Positions 41,231 through 56,085 of a stretch of DNA of 64,000 nt are shown here, piece after piece (the stretch's first letter is position 1; each line of letters opens with the position of its first letter). Below the pieces are notes generated by a model. The model saw only the letters and a program-made list of their open reading frames with translations. It was not told the origin of the DNA and made no database searches. Made by a program: the position numbers and the translations under genes. This stretch comes from Schmidtea polychroa (Eukaryota), in assembly GCA_044892525.1 (NCBI GenBank), contig CM097885.1, positions 236,098,001-236,162,000 of the forward strand. Reading direction: 5' to 3'.

Positions 41231-43021
41231 TTTGAATAAAAAATTTGCCTATTGCATTTCTCTTTTATTTTGGCCAGTTCTGCTCTTATTTTTCCGTTTT
41301 CGACTATTATTTCGTCGAATTTGCTAATCAGTGTGTTTATTAGTTTGTTTGATACTTCGTTTGATTCGGAGTTTCTGTTGTTTACTATAGTGATAATTTA
41401 CTATAGTAAATTACACTATATAGTTTTATTTTTTTTCACGTACTTGCTGATAAAAATAACCATATACCACAAATCCTAATTACGATTCAAGAATAAATAA
41501 AAAATATAACAACACATTACACTATGTCATAGGTATATGCCATTGGTATTCGTCATAAGTCAACGCATAAGGACATCTGTGAAACTTTTACTGTTTTCTA
41601 AAAATTCCTATTTTTTATTGTACGAAAATAATAAAATTAATTATATGATACTAAATTTAAAATAATTTATTCTATATTTTCGCAACTCTAAATTCATTCT
41701 CGCTGATAATAGTTTCGGTGAATACATTTCCTGTTTCTTTCATACAAAATCTTTATAGTTGAAATCATTTTGTGACTTTATAATAGTGTTTCAATAATTG
41801 CTCTTTAATAATCGTTTGATCTCAATGAAAACTCTACTTCTTTGGGTTGTGAAAATATTATATTTTTTTAAAGTAATATTGAAAAATAATTCAGCATTTG
41901 AAACATTTACGCTATGCCACTTTATTATGTCATATCTAAGTGTTTTAAGCTTTTATTGTTGTTTATAGTCACTGATAATCTCTTCAAATGTCCTTTTACA
42001 GACTCTAGTACATTGAAGTGTACAATGAGTCTTTAGAACCAAATATTTCATGTATGACATAAAAATTATATCACTTAAAAAATCTAAAATTTGTGAATAT
42101 CAATGCATACATCATGAGTATACCTGAATCACAAAAAATAAAATAATGTTCCAAAATGAAAAAAATGATATACCTTGACAAATGTCAAGGTTAATGCGTA
42201 AATTGGGAATGTCTAAAGAAATATGCTGGAAAACAAGATAATTATCTACAAGTGTTAAAAAATAACAATGTATAAAAGAAAGATACTAATTGCAAAGGAC
42301 AAAAGAAAATTTATTGGGGAAGCAGAATAAAAGAGATTATAGAAGAATTCGAAGAAAGAAGAAGTAAAATCGAAACTGTATTTAATAAAGGATAAACCGA
42401 AACAGCCAAAACAGAAACAGAAAAAGGAATATAATAAATATAATAATAATATAATAATATGATAATCAAACTAACAACCAGAAATTGTAGAAGTCCTAAG
42501 TCAAGGCAGAAAAGCAACCGGATCAATTGTGCGAGATGTCAGTCACTAGTAGCAGTAAAGTAGTCGCATAATTAAAGTGTTCCCAAAGTGTTATTCTTCC
42601 CAAACGCACCGGAATACGTTTGAGTTGCATTGAGTAATAGGTATTATTGTAATCTTAGTAACCATTTGTGTTGATCAATAAAGTTATATTATTCGGAATT
42701 TGTCGGAAACACGCTCGGAGTCAGAAAGTAGTTAATAATTTGATAAACCACCGTCAACGAAACCCCAACACATAAATAAATACTGTATTTATTACAAAAC
42801 TTGACTATGAATCAGTAAAGATATCGATGTTTTTTATATTCACGAATTCTCGGCACTGCTTTTTTCAAATGATTTTGATCCAAAATATTTCATCATTAAA
42901 GTTGATTTAAAAGTTCAAAAATGTAACTTTATGGGTCACATAAAAAAGTTTAAAATGTTTGTTTCAGAGTTATCCAAGGGTCGAAGAGGATCGAAATAAT
43001 AACATTAATACTAATATTATA

Positions 43022-43315
43022 GTAGTGTATATAATGGGAACACCGGCTCACCTTACCCGTTTTAGGTGCAACTAATTTAAAAAATCTTAACATTAACAAT
43101 TTTTAACACCGAAAAAAAAATTTTTTTAATTTAGATACCCAAAATATAAACATTGAAAAATATTTTTTTAAAAAAGATGGGTACTTTGAAAAATTTAGAT
43201 AGCTAAAATATGTGTGTAATAGAAACTTCAATCTAAAGATTTGTTGAATTCTAAGTAATTTTTTTATTTAGTGATTTCTAAAATAGTAAGCCGGTGTTCC
43301 CATTATATACACTAC
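43022..43315. mobile_element. MITE with 27-bp perfect TIR and TA flanks
   Basis: GTAGTGTATATAATGGGAACACCGGCT / AGCCGGTGTTCCCATTATATACACTAC. Confidence 0.88.
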
Positions 43316-44077
43316 TACACTTTAGCATAAATATTGAAAAATCTAAATATTGAAAAATCTAAGTTTTGAATACTCAAGAATATATTTTGTAATTTAAAGA
43401 ATAAAAAAAAATTTATGAAACAGTAAAAAAGCTCTAAAACAGTGGTATTTTTTCCCCGCTGTCCACTCAAATTTTTTTTTGATCCGGATCATTTTTTAAT
43501 TTTTAACCTCTTTCGGCTATCAAATCAATTCCAATATACAAGCTGGCCAGGCTTTCACATCAGAACCAATTTGATAATAGCAGCACGCCTTATTATATCG
43601 GCGTTTTTAGCGTGCTGCTCGAAAGTACAAATGAATTCGAAAGCGAATCCGAAAGAGGTCCGAAAACAACTAAGAAACATATTGAAATAAATGTGCACAT
43701 TATGGGGATCGATCCCGGGTGTGTTTGAAAGACTGTGGCGATAATTACCGGTTCGCCACCATACCCCGTTCCAATAATTTTTTTTTCACATTTATGTTTA
43801 AAAATTAATTAATTAATAAAAAAATAAAATATACAAGATGTATTTCCTAAGATACCCACACTATATATTTTTTTAATATTTATTTTCAATATTATTTTCA
43901 AATTTTTAATATTATTTTATGTTGAAAAAAAATAATTTCAGTTGGGATTTAAACCACATTTATTTGAACCACTGTGCTAGTCTATTCCCACTGAGTCAGC
44001 AATCTTGTTTTTAAAATTTATTTTTTCATATTTAAGCCTAAAAAAATAAATATTCTACTTAAAAATTAGATGGTGTT

Positions 44078-44697
44078 CAGATCGTGGTTTTGAATATATA
44101 TGTCATGGGTGCAATGCCACATACATTGGAATGACTGCCCGTCATTTCCGTTCTCAAGTTCTGGATAACTGTCGACTGAGGGAATTGATTTATATCAGCA
44201 AGCACAGTTTTTTGTTTAGGCTTACATTTCAACGTTGGAAGGTGGTATCTAATTCCTGTTTTTTGAATTTCGTGTTTATTAGTGGATTTCAATTGTTACT
44301 TAGATTGTTTTCGGATCTTGGTTATGAATATTTATGTCATGGGTGCAATGCCACATACATTGGAATGACTGTCCGTCATCTCCGTTTTCAAGTTCCTGAT
44401 CACTATCGACTGAAGCAATTGATTAATATTAGTAAACACAATTTTGTGGAAAATTTATTAGAATCGTGTTTGATTTCAACTTTTGTGAGTTTTAAAAGTT
44501 TTAGAAATTTTAAAACTTTTATAATTTTTAAAGTTTGAATATAAAAAACAGAATTTTGCGAATTTTTAGCGAAATTAATTTTAAAAAATTAATGAATTAG
44601 TTAATTAGTTTGTTAAAAAAAGAGCAATTTATATTGATTTAGTTTGATTTCAATTCTACTTGAAGATGACATTGATTCTGTAGAAATATATTGTAGT

Positions 44698-44700
<3 letters not shown>
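44078..44700 (+). mobile_element. Penelope-like remnant: duplicated GIY-YIG fragment plus degenerate hammerhead ribozyme
   Basis: YLCHGCNATYIGMT(A/V)RH occurs twice; CTAC-TTGAAGA-TGAC...GTAGAAA-TATAT-TGTAG lies at 44656-44696. Confidence 0.7.
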
Positions 44701-44762
<62 letters not shown>

Positions 44763-45969
44763 GTGTTTTTCGTTAGATTAAAAATTAAAAGTAGAATAAT
44801 TTTCAATATTATTTTCAAATTTTTAATAATATTTTATGTTGAAAGAAAACTAATATTTATTTAAATATTTAAATATAAAAATAAATTTGAAAAAGGATTC
44901 ACAGCGAAATGGACAAATGAAATTTTAATTATAAATAAAATACATCATACAGCTCCAATGACATCTGGTATCATCGATGACAATAATGAAGAAATATTAA
45001 GTAGATTTTACAATAATGAATTACAGAAATCAAGTTTTTAACATTTTTCCAAAATTTAAAAATCAAGTTTTTAATTAAAAAAATTTTCCTCCATCTCATC
45101 CTTTTCTCTATTCAAGTAAATATAATTATATTTTTTTTCCAATGGTTATTAACAAACATATCAAACATGATCTTGTCGGGTTCAACATTTTAAAATAAAT
45201 CACCATAAATCATATTCTTGTCACGCTTGTCTAATTTAAAAAGATGAAACAATTGGAGTTGTTTCTAATTGAATTTTTATCCAAGGCATAATAAGTTTGA
45301 GAGATGCAAATCACATTACAATTATTATGACGTCCTCGAGTAAAATAACTTTTTTGAATTTCTTGATTTTTCATATTTACAAAATCATCAAATTACAAAA
45401 TCATCAAATCCACATTTCAAAAGTTGTAATTCTGGTTGGTTTATAGCTGTAGAATAAAATATTAAATTATTATAATCTAAAAAACCATCTCAAAAGAAGT
45501 ACATTCTTTCCACACCCTGAAGATCCAAAAATTAACAATGTAAAATTATCAGGAAAAATTTTATTATTAAATTTACTTTTATGTTTTGTTAAAATTGGAT
45601 TCCAAATATCCATTTTATTTATTTAAAAATGATGACAGAAGAATCTCTAAAAGAATTAATAAATTCAAACAAATGTAAATCAGTAGTAATTGATTTGAAT
45701 ATAAATTTGAATTTATAATTAAACCAATAAATTCATTATAAAATACGAAATAAATTTATTATCCCCCAACAATAATTATGAAAAAATAACAATAACTATG
45801 AAAAATAAAATTGTTTTATTTACAATAAATATTCCTTTTTATAGTTTTTATACTTTACCTTTAATAACCAGTGTTTTATTTAAATTTGTCTAGACATTTA
45901 CTTGTAAATAAACAATACACAGAAAAATTACTTAATTATTATTTATTTATTTATTATTATTATTATTGA

Positions 45970-46039
<70 letters not shown>

Positions 46040-46056
46040 ATTATTATTATTATTAA

Positions 46057-46123
<67 letters not shown>

Positions 46124-47256
46124 AGAACTTTTTCCATTATCGCCACTGATTTCTTTTCAATTGATATTGTATTTATTAAAAACTTGACTATCAGTAAAGA
46201 ATTATTATTATTATTATCATAATTATCAATATCATAATTTTCATTATTTAAGAATCTGAAATATTAAAATTATAATGGTGATAATTGAAAGGATTTAAAA
46301 TAGAATAAATAATATTCGGTGAAAATTGAAATTTTATTATAATTTATTTTCTTGACAAATCATTTTCGATAAAAAATTTTTTCCCCTTAAATTTATGTAA
46401 ATAGAAAATCACAGAAATCAAATTTATTTTCATTATCGATTTGTTTTGAGAAATTAATTTACTCAAACTCAATTTATAGAAGTTTCTAAAACAACAGAAA
46501 AGTAAAAGTAAAATATATTTGTTTAAGGTTCTGCTAATATTTCCAAAATCTTGTTCAATTAATCCAATTAATCATAAAATTGTGGACAATAATATCTGTC
46601 CAGGTTATTTTTTGCAGACTTTATATTCGAATTTATTTTTATTGGCTGCGCTTAATTTTATCTGGGAATATTTATTGGGAATCAAATTAACTTTAATTTA
46701 TTTATGGGTTTAATAAATTCTCTACTTTACTTCCCCTACTATTTCAACAAAACGAAATCATTTTCATTTTAATATCATATAATTAATTAAAAAATTGATA
46801 TCTCAAAATTCATTGGTCCTTAATAATAAAACTTAAATTTCATTAAATGTTTTTATTAAAAATTAATTACAAAAATCAAATTTATTTTCATTATATATTT
46901 GTTTAATAAACATAATTTTAATCATTAATAAAAATAATAATTTTAGTTATGTTGCAATTCACGTTGAAAACAAATTTAAAAAATATTCAATATTATTTAA
47001 ATTAAAATTATATAAAAATTAGATTTATTAAAATTATCTATGCGCAGATAAAAGTGAAAATAAAGCAACTTTGTTTAAATTGAAAATATATTTGAGTTTG
47101 TGAATTAATAAAAATATGATATCTCAAAATTCACTGGTCCTTATTAGTAAAACTTAAATTTCATAATACTTTTTATTAAAAATTAATTACAAAAATCAAA
47201 TTTATTCTGTACGTTGTTTTTGTTTTGTATGTTGTATATAATAAAAATGTCAAATA

Positions 47257-47921
47257 CCGTAATTATCCGAATATAAGACGCTTTTTTTTCATCACTTTTG
47301 GGGATGATAATCGTGGTGCGTCTTATACATGGGTATAACAGGAAATATTTTTTCCTACTCAGAAAATTTTCTGAAAACCCGATATGGGCAAGGGAAATAA
47401 AGCATAAATTAATACAAAATATTTTTTTATTAGTTACAGAATGTTTTTTTCATTACAGAGATCATTATTTTCATCTTCACTTTTTATCAAATTCTCAATC
47501 TCAATGGACTCGTCCACTTCTTCAAACATTAATTCATTTTCCATATCATCATCCTCATTCCCTACATCAGATATATCGTCCTGCCAAATAACATCGTCTT
47601 CTGATCCATCCATAGCATTACTCAAACAACATTTCTTCTGCTTCAATTACCTTCAATTTGAAACCTGTCGTATAACTGCAGCGTTTAGAAGACATTATAG
47701 GGAAATAAAAATTTAAATTTAAGTAACTGAAATTTTAATTTTAAACAAAAAATAAATTTAATGTAATATAAATTTAATGTAATATAAATTTAATGTAATA
47801 ATTATACATGCGTCTTATATTTGGGTTACTTATATTTTCTTGAATTCAGTCAATTTTTAATGATGCGTCTTATATTGGATGCGTCTTATATTGGATGCGT
47901 CTTATATTCGGATAATTACGG
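47257..47921 (-). mobile_element. Internally deleted pogo/Tigger-like transposon
   Basis: TA flanks, TIR CCGTAATTATCCGAATATAAGACGC, and transposase C-terminus KKCCLSNAMDGSEDD with acidic tail. Confidence 0.92.
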
Positions 47922-47981
47922 TAATAAAAATATTTATTAATTTAACAATTAAGATATAAAAAAAACATAAATTTCATAAAA

Positions 47982-48087
<106 letters not shown>

Positions 48088-48609
48088 AAATGATGATTGT
48101 TTGGTAGCAGCATTTATTATTTAAAACAATAAAATGATAATTTAAGCCTTTTGCTGCAAATAATGTATTTAATGAAAGAATTTTCGACTATACGATAGTC
48201 CTTGTCAATCTCCTGGAATTTAGCAATGTTCTTCCCCAAAATACCTTTCAATCTTTCTTTTATTTCCTTTCTCTTAATTCTCATTGGTTGTAAATATAAT
48301 GAATTGTTTTACTAAAAACTTTTTAAATTTTTACATTTAAAATTTCAAAATGACACAAACTAAAAATTTTTTAAATTTTATACAGCTTCTATAATTAGCT
48401 TCTAGAAGCCTAATAAAATATTTGAAAATATTTTAAATAAAGCCTCCAATAACTACTTATATATGCTATTTAAATATTTCAATAAATGTGTCAATTTTGA
48501 TTTTCAAACCCTATTTTTTAAATTTTTTTTCTATATTATTCTAATTATTACTTTTTAATTTATTCTATTTTTTTTTAATTTCTTTATATATTGTCAGTTA
48601 TTCTCAAAG

Positions 48610-50018
48610 TCAATGACAACAGATCAAATTCATGATTTCATTGATTTCTTCTTTAGTGTTGATCTTTGGCTGTCTGTTTATGATGAGAATTGCTTCTTTG
48701 ATTCTGACATTTTTTTTTTGGATGTTTCCATTAGCTATAATTTCTATTGAAATATTTTTTCTTTCTTCTGTTGGCTGACACTGCTGGAGATGTCTGCCCA
48801 ACGAGGATGTTCCACCAGGATCTAGATGTTCTTTAACTCTTTGGTGCAGTGTCCTGAGGGTACTTCAAATGTAGATTTCATTGCATACATTGCACGTGAT
48901 GCAATAGACGATGTTTTTTCTAAAGCACATATCTTTCGGTGTCTGGCAGTTTTTCATTGTGCAATTGTTTTCTCTGACAGAGCCCTTCTCAATGTCCAAG
49001 ATTTATGTGCTATCCGAATTGGAAGACCGGTACGTTTAAGTTCTTTCAGGATCTTGAAGTCGAGTATGTCACTGATGAATGGGATATTCAGATAGAAATA
49101 TTTCTGATTCTTTTGTGTTAATTCCCTAGATCTTCTTGGGGTAGAATTCATTCTTTCAATGTCCTCACCTTGGTATTCGTTTCGGTGTAGGATTTTATTG
49201 AAATTTGATTGCTCTTTAAAGTTTTCGTTTTTCTCCGTGCATCGATTGGCTATTCTTCGTTTCTCGTTTCTTATGACATGTACTTTCTGTAAGTATGGAA
49301 GCGCTGATCTTTGGTGCATAAATATTTCTTTGCGAGCTGGTTTTCTGTAGAACCCGTATGTTGGAGTATTTTCTTCTATTTTGATTCTCAAATCCAATAA
49401 ATTGAGGGATTCATCTTCTTCTGGATATTCGATTTCGAACTTAATATCTTGATGAGCCGCATTGAATGAATGAAATATTTCCTCCGCCTCTTTTCTGTTT
49501 TTGGTCGTGATGAAGATATCATCTACATATCTTGCATAGAAACCGATGGGTTGTATGGTCCTCAGTGTCTGTCGTTCGAGGTTATCCATAAAGATGATTC
49601 CTCCTGGTATCAAAATTAGACCTATAGTGTCCAACAAAAATGGACCAACAACTAAAAAAAGTTGGCTCCTTGCAAAGATCTTGAAACCTTTATTGGACAC
49701 GATACCACACCATCTTCAAAGCAGCGACTGCCTCATGACAAGACTAAATAATAACATGACTTGTCATAGAGAATTCCAATACCCATTTAGTCTTGATGTC
49801 GTATCACTATACACATCTATCGAACCAACAGAGGCTATTCAATGTTTAGAAAAGAAATTAAGAGAAAGCAACTTGTTAATAAAGGAAATGAATATCGAGA
49901 ATATCACCAAACTACTTACTGTTATCCTCGAGAACACCTATTTTACCTTTGAACAAAATATCTATAAACAAGTTAAAGGTCTGCCTATGGGTTCTAGCAT
50001 ATCAGGACTGCAGCAATC
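48610..50018 (-). mobile_element. Penelope-like retroelement (RT + GIY-YIG), 5'-truncated with inverted 5' segment
   Basis: Minus strand 49598-48610: IIFMDNLE..RYVDD..LDL..YRKP..VYCITCNVC..HQRVKEH..IKEAILI..PKIN. Plus strand 49599-50018: IRPIVS..SLDVVSLYTSI..YKQVKGLPMGSSIS. Confidence 0.93.
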
Positions 50019-50641
50019 TTTTTTTTTTTGTTAGTTTTGCTTTCAATTTTATTTTCGATTTTTTTTTCGTTTTTTTTCTATAGCGATAATTTACTATAGT
50101 AAATTATCGTTGTAGTTTTTTTTTTAATATTTTTATTTCAGGATGTTGGGGGCGCCAAAACAGGAGTAAAAATCCTAATTGAGGTTCTGTTTTGGCCCAT
50201 AATTATCATTAAAATTGTAAATTTCTACTACAATTACTATTCAATCGGGCTACTATTTAATTTAAATAGGAATAACTATCTTCTAAAATCATACATTGCT
50301 TTTGTTTTTCAGAATTCAAAGCTGCTCTAGTTCTATGGTAAGATACATTCACAGAGATGAAAGCTCTTACTCACAACATTTTTAACTTTGATATTCTTTA
50401 AATCATTGTTTTTTTAAGATGATATCACAAACAGCTGTTGAGTTAACACTGCTTGATATCTCAGAATTGCATGTATGATTGGAATTAAATTTTTTATGCA
50501 GAAATTATTAGTTTCTAATCTGTAGATTAGTGAAAGATGGAAACCACAGTTTAAATCTGAGCGTCCGATAGTCAATCTGCTCTTATTTCTATGCTTGACT
50601 TTGTAATTAATCTTATTGATCATTGAATAATGCTCTTATAG

Positions 50642-53000
50642 CAGGGGTGTCAACTAATTTTCCTATAAGATCTTCTTCGCGCAGTAAAAATCCTCTGCGA
50701 TCTACTTTTTCTAAAAAATAAGAGTAAGAGGAGAAGGCAATATTTAGGGGTCCAAATTTCACGATTTTTAAAATTTCTAACATATACTTATTTAAATTAA
50801 ATTAAATAAAAATCATATATCGATAATATTTATTAATAGTAATAATTAAAAAACATTCACAAGTTTTACATATCTTTTAAAAAAATATAATTTAATTTTT
50901 ATTGATTATGATAATGTCGTCTGTTAAGAAGGAAACTGAAAAATACAAAAATATAATTATATTATTTTTACAACTAAAGTAACTTACATAAGAATAGGCA
51001 AAAAATCATTTTGAACTTCCTGATGGTACAATATTTGAATTACTTATTCTACATTGCATCGTGTCTATAATTTGTACATAATTTGATGAATAATTACTCA
51101 GACCATTTCTCAAGCAGGATTCTTAATGTTCGTCTGTTAAATTAGTTCGGTATTTCGACTTTATTATTTTCATTTGTGAAAATGCTGATTCGCACAAATA
51201 TGTCGAACCAAAACAGGCGAATAAAGTTTCAGCACATTTTTTTTAGATTAGGATATTTATCTTCAGCTAAATATTTCCAGAATTTATCTTCGGAAGCTCT
51301 TGCTTTAATATAAATATCATTTTGTAAAGTAATAATTTCTGCTTCAAGGGTAAATGTTATCCATATCAAAAATAGTTAAAAGGTTTTCTGCAATTGTCTC
51401 TGCTTTAATATTGCTATCAAATGGAAAACTCATAAATAAAACTACATTATCAAGTTTTTTAAAATCTTCGAAACGGTTACCAAATTCTTCAATAACGTTC
51501 TTAATTTCTTTGATATATTTATTTTCATCATAATTAGTAGAAGCAGAACTTTTTAATTGCGCCAACATGTTTGGTAAATTAGATAAATTTTTATTTTCTA
51601 GCTTTGATACAAGCAGATTTAATTTTTCTCTGGAAGCGTTTACAGCACTGATCATATGAAAAATCGTTTTATTAGAACCTTGTAGTTCTAAATTTAAATC
51701 ATTTAATTTAGCTGTTATATCGGTTAAAAATGCCAAATCTAATAACCAAATATCGTCATTTAACTGTTTGTAATCATCGCCTCTTTCGCCATGAAATGGC
51801 TTAATGTCATTGATTAGATCTCTAAATGGCTGTAGAAACTTTCCTCGACTTAACCACCTAACATCAGTATGCATGAGCAGTTCGGATGGTCCACCATCAT
51901 CAAATTCTTCGACCTGTAGTTTAAAAAAACGCCTTTGGAGACTTTTTGCGCGAATTGAATTAGAAATTTTGAAAGCTATATTCATAATTTCTTGCATATT
52001 TAAAACTTTAGCACACAGCACATGCTGGGGTATTATACAATGATATTGTAAGAAATCGGGAAAATCTTCATCATTTCGACATAGTGCGATGAAACCATTT
52101 CGACAACCTGTCATAGCTGGTGCTCCGTCCGTCGTAATTGAAACAATTTTATAGAGTGGCAATTTAGCAATTTTATAGCAATTTTATTTCACCTCGAGTT
52201 TTTCCTTTTAATGGAATGATTGTAAGTATTTCTTCTTTAGTCGAAAAGTCTTTAAAAACCATTCTAATGACAATAATCATTTGAGACATGTCAATTGCAT
52301 CAGTAGATTCATCCAATTGAAGTGAAAAAGCTTGACAATTCGTAATGTCCTGCATTAATTGTTCTTTTAAATTTGAACTTATTTGGTCCATTCGCTTTGC
52401 AACTGTATTGCGTGATAACTGTAAATCGTTATTCGCAGAAACTATTTCTGACTTATTTTTATAGACACAAAATAAAGAGTCAGCAGCTCCTAAAAATGCA
52501 TTTTTTAAAATAGCACCATCACTAAATGGTTTCTTATTTTTACCAAGAACATAGCATACTCGTAAAGAAGCAATTGTAGCCGACTTTGACTTTGATGTTT
52601 TTTTGGTGAAAATTAATTGTTGCGATGAAAGGCACGCATTAGGTTCAGTAATTTTAGGTTTTCGTAAATCACTTTTTGAAATGTCGTTCCAAATTTCCTT
52701 TCTTCGGTAATGAAACACTATTATTACAAATTAAACAACAGCATTTCTTTTTTATCATAATAAAGAAATAATCATGCTCCTATTCTTCATGATAGTGATA
52801 AGTTTAAATCATTTTAGAATTATTCATGGTGTCACAATTTAAAAAATTTTTAATTTATGTCAATTTGATTACTACCACCCGTACAAATAGTTTTTGATTC
52901 TTGAAATTGAAAATGGAAACTTGAAAGGAAATAAATAACTGAAATATGAATATTTATTGCCGATCGACCTAAAATAATTACGCGATCGACGCTATCGACG
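50642..53000 (-). mobile_element. Decayed hAT transposon (SPIN/GTF2IRD2-like transposase)
   Basis: End CAGGGGTGTCAAC at 50642. LQLDESTD, TTDGAPAM, HCIIPQ, VRWLSRG and FGSTYLCESAFS occur in broken frames. CGATCGAC subterminal motifs at about 52960-53000; the second TIR was not found. Confidence 0.93.
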
Positions 53001-53599
53001 CTATTATTTAAGTTAATTTGATACAATTTATATCATTATGATTAAAATAAAAATAAGACAAAAATTAGTAATAATTTAAAATTATACAATGATTAAAGAG
53101 ATTTATTTCCCAAATTTATTTTTTCCAAATTTTTTCGTATTTTATGGAAAATTTTTCAAAAGCTATTTTGATATTACTTTTAATTTTTATTGATTAAATA
53201 TAATAAATGCGGCTTTTGATATAATCATTGAAGATATTTCTTAATTTAATGACATTTCGTTTTTAGATAATTAATTAATTAAAATTGAATGGATCATAAA
53301 CTTTTATGGAAGACTTTAACAGAAAATTCGAACTAAATATAATGAAACAGACTAAAATTCTGTAATATTAGCATCTCAAGAGATGTGGGGCCAATTAATT
53401 ATCCCGGCAGCTGGATCAAATTTCACCGACTGATCTATGACGTAGATTTTCATGACAGATTCAAACAAACTAATGTTTCACTGGTTCAGCACTGTTTGAC
53501 ATTTACAAGTAAATTTCATTGTACAGAGAAATAGTGTGAGGAAAAAAAAGAAAATTATACGCTAATCACTAATATCGTTATATTTTCAATTTTTCACGT

Positions 53600-53743
<144 letters not shown>

Positions 53744-53958
53744 CCTTAATTTTTGACTCCGCCCAGGATAGATTCGAATTCATTCTTTATTCATTATAAT
53801 TAATTTTAGTCATCTGGTTATTACAAATATTTTCCAATACTTGTGTATATGCATTATCTTTCGATGAAAAATTCGGTGTAGATTACATTTTCCAATCGAA
53901 ATTGAAAGACTTTGAAAAGACATCCCTCACTCATAAGGATTAAAAAGATTATATACAT

Positions 53959-56085
53959 TGTGATGTAATTATAATGGGATATTTGATTTCCCTAACCTTT
54001 ACCCTATATTATGTAATGCCTGCATGTGTGATTTATTACTTTTGATTGTCTGGGTCCTTAGATTTTGTCACTGATTATTATTTCCCAATAAGCTATTATT
54101 GATTGTGTTGGTATCGGCACACCGGGTACTATAAATAGTACAATAATTTCTTAAATAAAGTTTTTGGAATTTCTCAAGTTATTCTTATTTTTTACATGGC
54201 GACCACGCTTTCAACTCAGGAATTATTACGGATTCTGCCACAGTCGAAAATCTATTCAATTGGAAACGATTTGGAAGAATTTATTGAGAAGATTATTCAG
54301 CTAGAAAATAGTCAAAGAAAAGTAGTTGTTCGAGTTTATTTCGACGAAAATGGCCGCAATAAATATGTGAAAATTCCAGATGAAGAAAATTATGCGAAAA
54401 GGCTTAGATTGGCATTCGAAGACAACTTTGATTTAGGTAAGAATTTGGAAAAATTTCTAAATTATCGAAAAAAAGAAGATGATGCAGAAACTTACATCAG
54501 TAACATTGAGAAAGGGGTTCAGAAAATATTAAAGCACAAGCTAGCAATGTCTAATTTGACAACATTCTTCCTAAAACATTGTCTTGATAATGAAGAAGAA
54601 AAATGTGAAATAAAAATATATGAAATTACGGAAGATTTGGTGAAAGTAAAATTATCGATAGAAGATTTAAGAAATGATTGGGAGCCAGTACAAAAAGGTG
54701 CAATGGCAAATAAATATATTAAAAGAATTTTACAGAAAATGGATGAAGATAAATCCAAGATACCACAAGTTTCAGCTGTTGGAATTACCTACGCGTCAAT
54801 TGTGAAAAACGGTCGATACAATAACAATGAGAAAAGAAATAATTATCGAAATCAGTGAGATCAAAGTGATAAAACAAATGAATTTTCAAAATTACAATGA
54901 AATGAATTCCAAGTAAGACGAGCAGAATACCAAAGAAATTTCAGTAGAAATTTCATTGGAAGACCTCAAAATGGAAACGTATCAAAATCGAAGTTCAGAT
55001 CAATATTCAAAAGTGCAATGTTACACATGCCGTGAAATTGGTCATTCTTCGGGAATGCCAAAATATTCGATGTTCGTGTTGTGGTAAAGCAGGTCATTTA
55101 GGTTTTCAGTGTTTTCAAAAACAGAATCACCACGAGATGAGATTGCAAACAACTTTGAATCAAAGCCATGGGAATTTCAATCGATACAATAGAAATTCTA
55201 ATCAAGAAAATGATCGAAACAATGGATAAAATCTAGCTGCAGTATATGATGACGAACCGAACGACTATGATGGACAATCAAAAATATCGGGAAATGTCAA
55301 AGCTCCAAACAGAGGGAATATGTTAGGAGCGATAAATCACATGTAAGCAATGATCATTTTTTGAGGACCCTAAATGCTAAATGTAATGATTGTTTGGTTG
55401 ATTGTTTGTTTGATAATCTTAATGTTGATTTTTTCCCCAATCAAAATTTTGATTCTGATTTTTATTTAATTAATAATTGTAATACTCAACAAAATGTGAA
55501 TGACTGTATATTCGTGAGTGATTATGATAAAAATGATAGTTTTTTAAATATATCGAATAAAAAAATTAAAATTACCGAGTGTTAATGTTATTAAAGATAT
55601 ATATGATATACTATAGATATAGGATACTGTAATGTAGATGGTAGACCATTTAATAATGTTAGATTAAATAATGTGAATTTTAATTCATTTTTTGGCACAG
55701 GAGCAAAAATAAGTGTTTTATCCGAAACGATTGCTGAAAAATTGAATTTAAATTGAATTTAGAAAAATCCAATCTGATTTATGAAATAGTTGTTGAATTC
55801 TCAGTTATTTTTATGTATAATAAATGGGATATAGGCAAAACAGATATTTTAGAGCACAGAATAGAAACTACTTGCAACCCAATACCATTTAAGGCGCGGC
55901 GACAACCAATGCATTATGAGGAAAAACTAGAGGAAATTGTTAAAAACCTAGAGGAAAATAAAATTATAAAGAAATGCGAATCACTATGGAATTCACCTAT
56001 AGTATGTGTGTCAAAAAAGGGAATTTCTGAAATTCGGATATGTTTGGATTTTAGGATTTTAAATTCAAATACAGTTATACCTAAC
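53959..56085 (+). mobile_element. 3'-truncated Gypsy element (5' LTR, gag, partial protease and RT start)
   Basis: LTR TGT..TACA at 53959-54196, PBS TGGCGACCACG, Gag CSCCGKAGH and WNSPIVCVSKK..RICLDFR. Confidence 0.88.

Noticed and set aside
43020..43317. AGTAGT ends suggesting a Polinton terminus
   Set aside because: Only about 300 bp long, no 6-bp TSD, and TA flanks fit an ordinary MITE.
48954..49700. 248-aa ORF as a single protein
   Set aside because: Its first ~34 residues are antisense read-through across the inversion junction.
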